A DNA stretch of 64,000 bases, taken from positions 62,608 through 126,607 of the forward strand of contig DATKAB010000053.1 of assembly GCA_035498555.1 (NCBI GenBank). The letters are read 5' to 3'. The translations under genes and the position numbers were made by a program. Shown here one piece after another: positions 61,174 to 64,000 of this stretch. The notes under the pieces were generated by a model, which ran no database searches, was not told the origin of the DNA, and worked only from the letters and a program-made list of their open reading frames with translations. Each line of letters starts with the position of its first letter. Position 1 is the stretch's first letter. The stretch comes from Candidatus Sulfotelmatobacter sp. GTDB lineage: Bacteria; Eisenbacteria; RBG-16-71-46.

Positions 61174-62388
61174 ATGGACCCGAAGGTCAGATCACAGCTC
61201 GCCGCCGAACTCCAGGCGATCCGCGACGCCGGACTGTGGAAGGAGGAGCGCGTTCTGGCCTCGGCGCAGGGTCCCGAGGTGACGCTGGCCGACGGCCGCC
61301 GGGTGCTGGTGTTCTGCGCCAACAACTATCTCGGCCTCTCGAGCCACCCGAAGGTCATCGAAGCCGCGCACCGCGCGCTCGACACCCATGGTTTCGGGCT
61401 CTCGTCGGTTCGCTTCATCTGCGGCACCCAGGACATCCACAAGACGCTGGAGCGGAAGATCTCGGATTTCCTCGGCACCGAGGACACCCTCCTCTATGCC
61501 GCCTGCTTCGACGCCAATGGCGGCGTGTTCGAGCCGCTGCTCGGCGAGCAGGACGCAGTGATCTCCGACGCGCTCAACCACGCTTCGATCATCGACGGCA
61601 TCCGGCTCTGCAAGGCGCAGCGCTGGCGCTTCGACACCAATGACATGGCGGATCTCGAGCGCTGTCTCAAGGAGGCGGCCGCCCGGGACACGCGCCGGCG
61701 GCTGATCGTCACCGACGGGGTGTTCTCGATGGACGGGACCATCGCCAATCTCGGGGCGATCTGCGACCTCGCCGACCGCTATCGCGCGCTGGTGATGATC
61801 GACGAGTGCCACGCCATGGGTTTCCTCGGCAAGACCGGCCGGGGCACGCCCGAGCTGACCGGGACCCAGGGGCGGATCGATATCATCACCGGCACGCTGG
61901 GGAAGGCGCTTGGCGGAGCGCTGGGCGGATTCACCTCCGGGCGGAAGGAGATCATCGATCTCCTTCGGCAGCGTTCCCGGCCCTACCTGTTCTCCAACAG
62001 TCTGCCGCCGGCGGTGGTGGGCGCTTCGATCGCGGTCTTCGACCTGTTGTCCTCGACCACCGAGCTGCGCGACCGGCTCGAGGCCAACACGCGCTTCTTC
62101 CGCGAGCGGATGACCGCGGCCGGATTCGAGATCAAGCCCGGGAACCATCCGCTGGTCCCCATCATGCTCTACGACGAGCGCCTGGCCCACGACATGGCGC
62201 GCCGGCTGCTCGAGCGGGGGATCTACGTGATCGGCTTCTCGTTCCCGGTGGTGCCGAAGGGGCAGGCGCGGATCCGGGTCCAGCTTTCAGCGGCGCACGA
62301 GCGCGCTCACCTCGAGCGCGCCGTCAGTGCATTCGCGGAGGTCGGCCGGGAGCTGGGAGTACTGGCTACCGACTCTACGCGCCGCTAG
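61174..62388 (+). CDS. kbl: glycine C-acetyltransferase (2-amino-3-ketobutyrate CoA ligase)
   Basis: PLP fold-type I alpha-oxoamine synthase motifs ([21 protein letters not shown]); GAGGAGG ribosome-binding site 11 nt before the ATG at 61174. A GTG at 61165 overlapping the tdh stop is an alternative. Confidence 0.85.
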   Translation: MDPKVRSQLAAELQAIRDAGLWKEERVLASAQGPEVTLADGRRVLVFCANNYLGLSSHPKVIEAAHRALDTHGFGLSSVRFICGTQDIHKTLERKISDFLGTEDTLLYAACFDANGGVFEPLLGEQDAVISDALNHASIIDGIRLCKAQRWRFDTNDMADLERCLKEAAARDTRRRLIVTDGVFSMDGTIANLGAICDLADRYRALVMIDECHAMGFLGKTGRGTPELTGTQGRIDIITGTLGKALGGALGGFTSGRKEIIDLLRQRSRPYLFSNSLPPAVVGASIAVFDLLSSTTELRDRLEANTRFFRERMTAAGFEIKPGNHPLVPIMLYDERLAHDMARRLLERGIYVIGFSFPVVPKGQARIRVQLSAAHERAHLERAVSAFAEVGRELGVLATDSTRR

Positions 62389-62683
62389 CTCGTCTCGCGC
62401 GAGCGAAGACCGTTCTATCTCACTGAACGGCATCGAACTCCCCCTCGTTCCCACGTGAGCGATCCGTTCTGGGCGATCACCGACGACGCGATCCCGACCC
62501 GGATGACCTTGCTCTCCGCGCGGCCGGTGTCCGAGGGCATCGCCCGGATCGCTCTGCACGATCCCGGCCATCAACACTCTCCGCTGCACAACCCATTTCG
62601 TGGAGATGAAGGCGGGCGGCAAGCGCCTCAGCCAGAGGTTCGTTCTGGCCCGCTAAACAACTTCGATCGACTGGATCGCCGGG

Positions 62684-62719
62684 CCACGGGGCAAATCGTC
62701 CGGGCCCCGGCTTTTTCTT
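62684..62719 (+). terminator. candidate intrinsic terminator about 300 nt downstream of kbl
   Basis: GC-rich 6-7 bp stem (CGGGGC...GCCCCG) followed by CTTTTTCTT. Confidence 0.4.
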
Positions 62720-62735
62720 GACGGACACTCGTCAA
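62718..62735 (+). promoter_or_regulatory. 18-bp perfect palindrome TTGACG-N6-CGTCAA (candidate operator / -35 region) upstream of the BNR-repeat gene
   Basis: Perfect inverted repeat immediately after the T-tract, about 320 nt upstream of the next gene. Confidence 0.3.
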
Positions 62736-63055
62736 ATGTCTTTCAAGCCCAGGTTCGACACTCTAGACTTGGGCGACGTTCGAGCTTCGTGACTCCGAAA
62801 CAGTCGACGAGTCGCGGGGAAATTGATCGGCGGGCGGCCCATGCGCGCGCGGAGATCGAGCCTCGATCCCGCGCGCACGTCTTCAGACGGGCCACGGAAC
62901 GGAATGACCGGTTGAAGCAGGAAGCGGATGCCGTCGTCGCGGGCGGCACCGACCAATGATCCGGGGGGAGCGCGGGGAGGGAATCCCGAGTTCATTCCGG
63001 TGCGATCGCAGAGCCGGCCGCACACCCCGCGGCCGTCTCTCGCATGGAGGTGGAG

Positions 63056-64000
63056 ATGCAGCTCAGGAGACATCGGAGAGCGTCGCTGCTGGTTGCCCTG
63101 GTGCTAGGTGTTTCGAGTCTGGCTTCTGCACGTCCCTCGCAGGCTCAGGACGTCAACGATCCGGTGTACCTGAAGGGAAACCCGATCGTGCAGCAGGAGC
63201 GGATCCAGATGCTGCGCGAGGAGTTCAAGGAGCGTCAGCGCGAGATCCGCGAGCAGCTCGAGCGCGCGAAGCACGCCAAGCGTGGCAAGGGCAAGAAGGT
63301 CGAGGAAGTTCCGCAGGACATCGACTACGTCGGTCTCAATCAGAGCCTCTCGAGGTCGCCGTTCAACACCCTGGTGGCTCCGACCAACGTGCTGGTCAAC
63401 AATAAGGCCGGTGACGCCGCGGGCGCCGGACAGGCCGAGCAGAGCCCGGTGTTCATCGGGCTCAACGGGCTGATCGCCTGGAACGACGGACAGGGCTTCA
63501 ACCTCACGCCGCAGGACGTGCAGGGCTACGGCTGGTCGAATGACGGCGGCGCGACCTGGACCGATGGCGGCATCCCGCTCAAGCAGGGCACGATCGCAAC
63601 CTGGTCGAGCGATCCTTCGGTGACCGCCAACGAGAAGACCGGCGACTTCTACTACACCGGTCTCACCACCAACACCGGAACCAACAACAACGGCGTCGCG
63701 GTCGCGCGCGGCCACTTCACCGCTGGCGTGTTCGGCTGGGATGCCGCGACGGTGGTCGCTTCAGGCCCCGCCTCATCGCAGGGCTTCGACAAGGAGTGGA
63801 TGGCGGCCGATTCGTCCAACGGCAACCTCTACGTGACCTGGACGCTCTTCACCACCACCGGTGACGCGATCTGGTTCTCGCGCTCGACCGACAACGGCGC
63901 CACCTGGAGCGCGCCGCTGCAGATCAGCGGCTCCTGGGAGAATGGCCTGGTCTCGGGCTCGCGTCCCGAGGTCGGACCCAACGGCGAGGTCTACGTGATC
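63056..64000 (+). CDS. secreted BNR/Asp-box repeat protein (sialidase/glycosyl-hydrolase-like), 3' partial at window edge
   Basis: Not in the ORF track because it has no stop within the window. ATG with a GGAGGTGGAG ribosome-binding site, signal peptide (LLVALVLGVSSLASA), and Asp-box motifs (SNDGGATWT, STDNGATWS). An alternative in-frame ATG lies at 63044. Confidence 0.55.
   Translation, partial: MQLRRHRRASLLVALVLGVSSLASARPSQAQDVNDPVYLKGNPIVQQERIQMLREEFKERQREIREQLERAKHAKRGKGKKVEEVPQDIDYVGLNQSLSRSPFNTLVAPTNVLVNNKAGDAAGAGQAEQSPVFIGLNGLIAWNDGQGFNLTPQDVQGYGWSNDGGATWTDGGIPLKQGTIATWSSDPSVTANEKTGDFYYTGLTTNTGTNNNGVAVARGHFTAGVFGWDAATVVASGPASSQGFDKEWMAADSSNGNLYVTWTLFTTTGDAIWFSRSTDNGATWSAPLQISGSWENGLVSGSRPEVGPNGEVYVI

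Noticed and set aside
62455-62721. 88-aa GTG-initiated ORF in the kbl-BNR intergenic region
   Set aside because: No ribosome-binding site, Arg/Pro-rich composition, and it would read through the terminator-like hairpin; more likely non-coding.

Overview
This 64-kb window is high-GC (about 70%) bacterial chromosome that is almost entirely protein-coding, with no rRNA, tRNA, CRISPR array or obvious mobile element. The organism is a diderm, as shown by BamA, LPS genes and a Ton system. From position 1 to 39526 every gene is on the + strand, in one very tightly packed array (roughly 20 start/stop overlaps of the ATGA/GTGA type). That array contains asd, a CbiQ/EcfT-like membrane protein, truA, htrA, a purine block (purB-purL-purQ-[PurS-like]-purF), lysS and lolC/E-lolD. 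It continues with a Gram-positive-style mcsA-mcsB-clpC stress module, then an outer-membrane/LPS block: bamA-skp-lpxD-lpxC/fabZ fusion-lpxA-Gfo/Idh/MocA oxidoreductase-lpxB-DUF374 acyltransferase-waaA-lpxK-nadB-hypothetical-msbA-heptosyltransferases-gmhB fusion. The array also carries a C25-type peptidase with a T9SS C-terminal sorting domain, and proS. A convergent two-gene minus-strand operon follows (TPR/zinc-ribbon polytopic membrane protein plus DUF4388 protein). After asnS comes an 8-gene Ton operon (PstS-like lipoprotein, secreted TPR protein, two tandem STAS-domain proteins, exbB, exbD, exbD, tonB) ending in a clear intrinsic terminator. The rest of the window holds a Yip1 membrane protein, a TolC-MacA-MacB-type efflux system with two separate permeases, uvrA, tdh-kbl, and a partial BNR/Asp-box repeat secreted protein at the window edge. 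Gene calls rest on recognisable family motifs in the supplied translations. Internal start codons were placed by counting residues within the ORF-track frames. Long antisense ORFs typical of high-GC DNA were rejected. Together the LpxC/FabZ fusion, the T9SS sorting domain and the PstS-like/TPR-associated Ton operon suggest an FCB-superphylum or Gemmatimonadota-like lineage; this is inference only.
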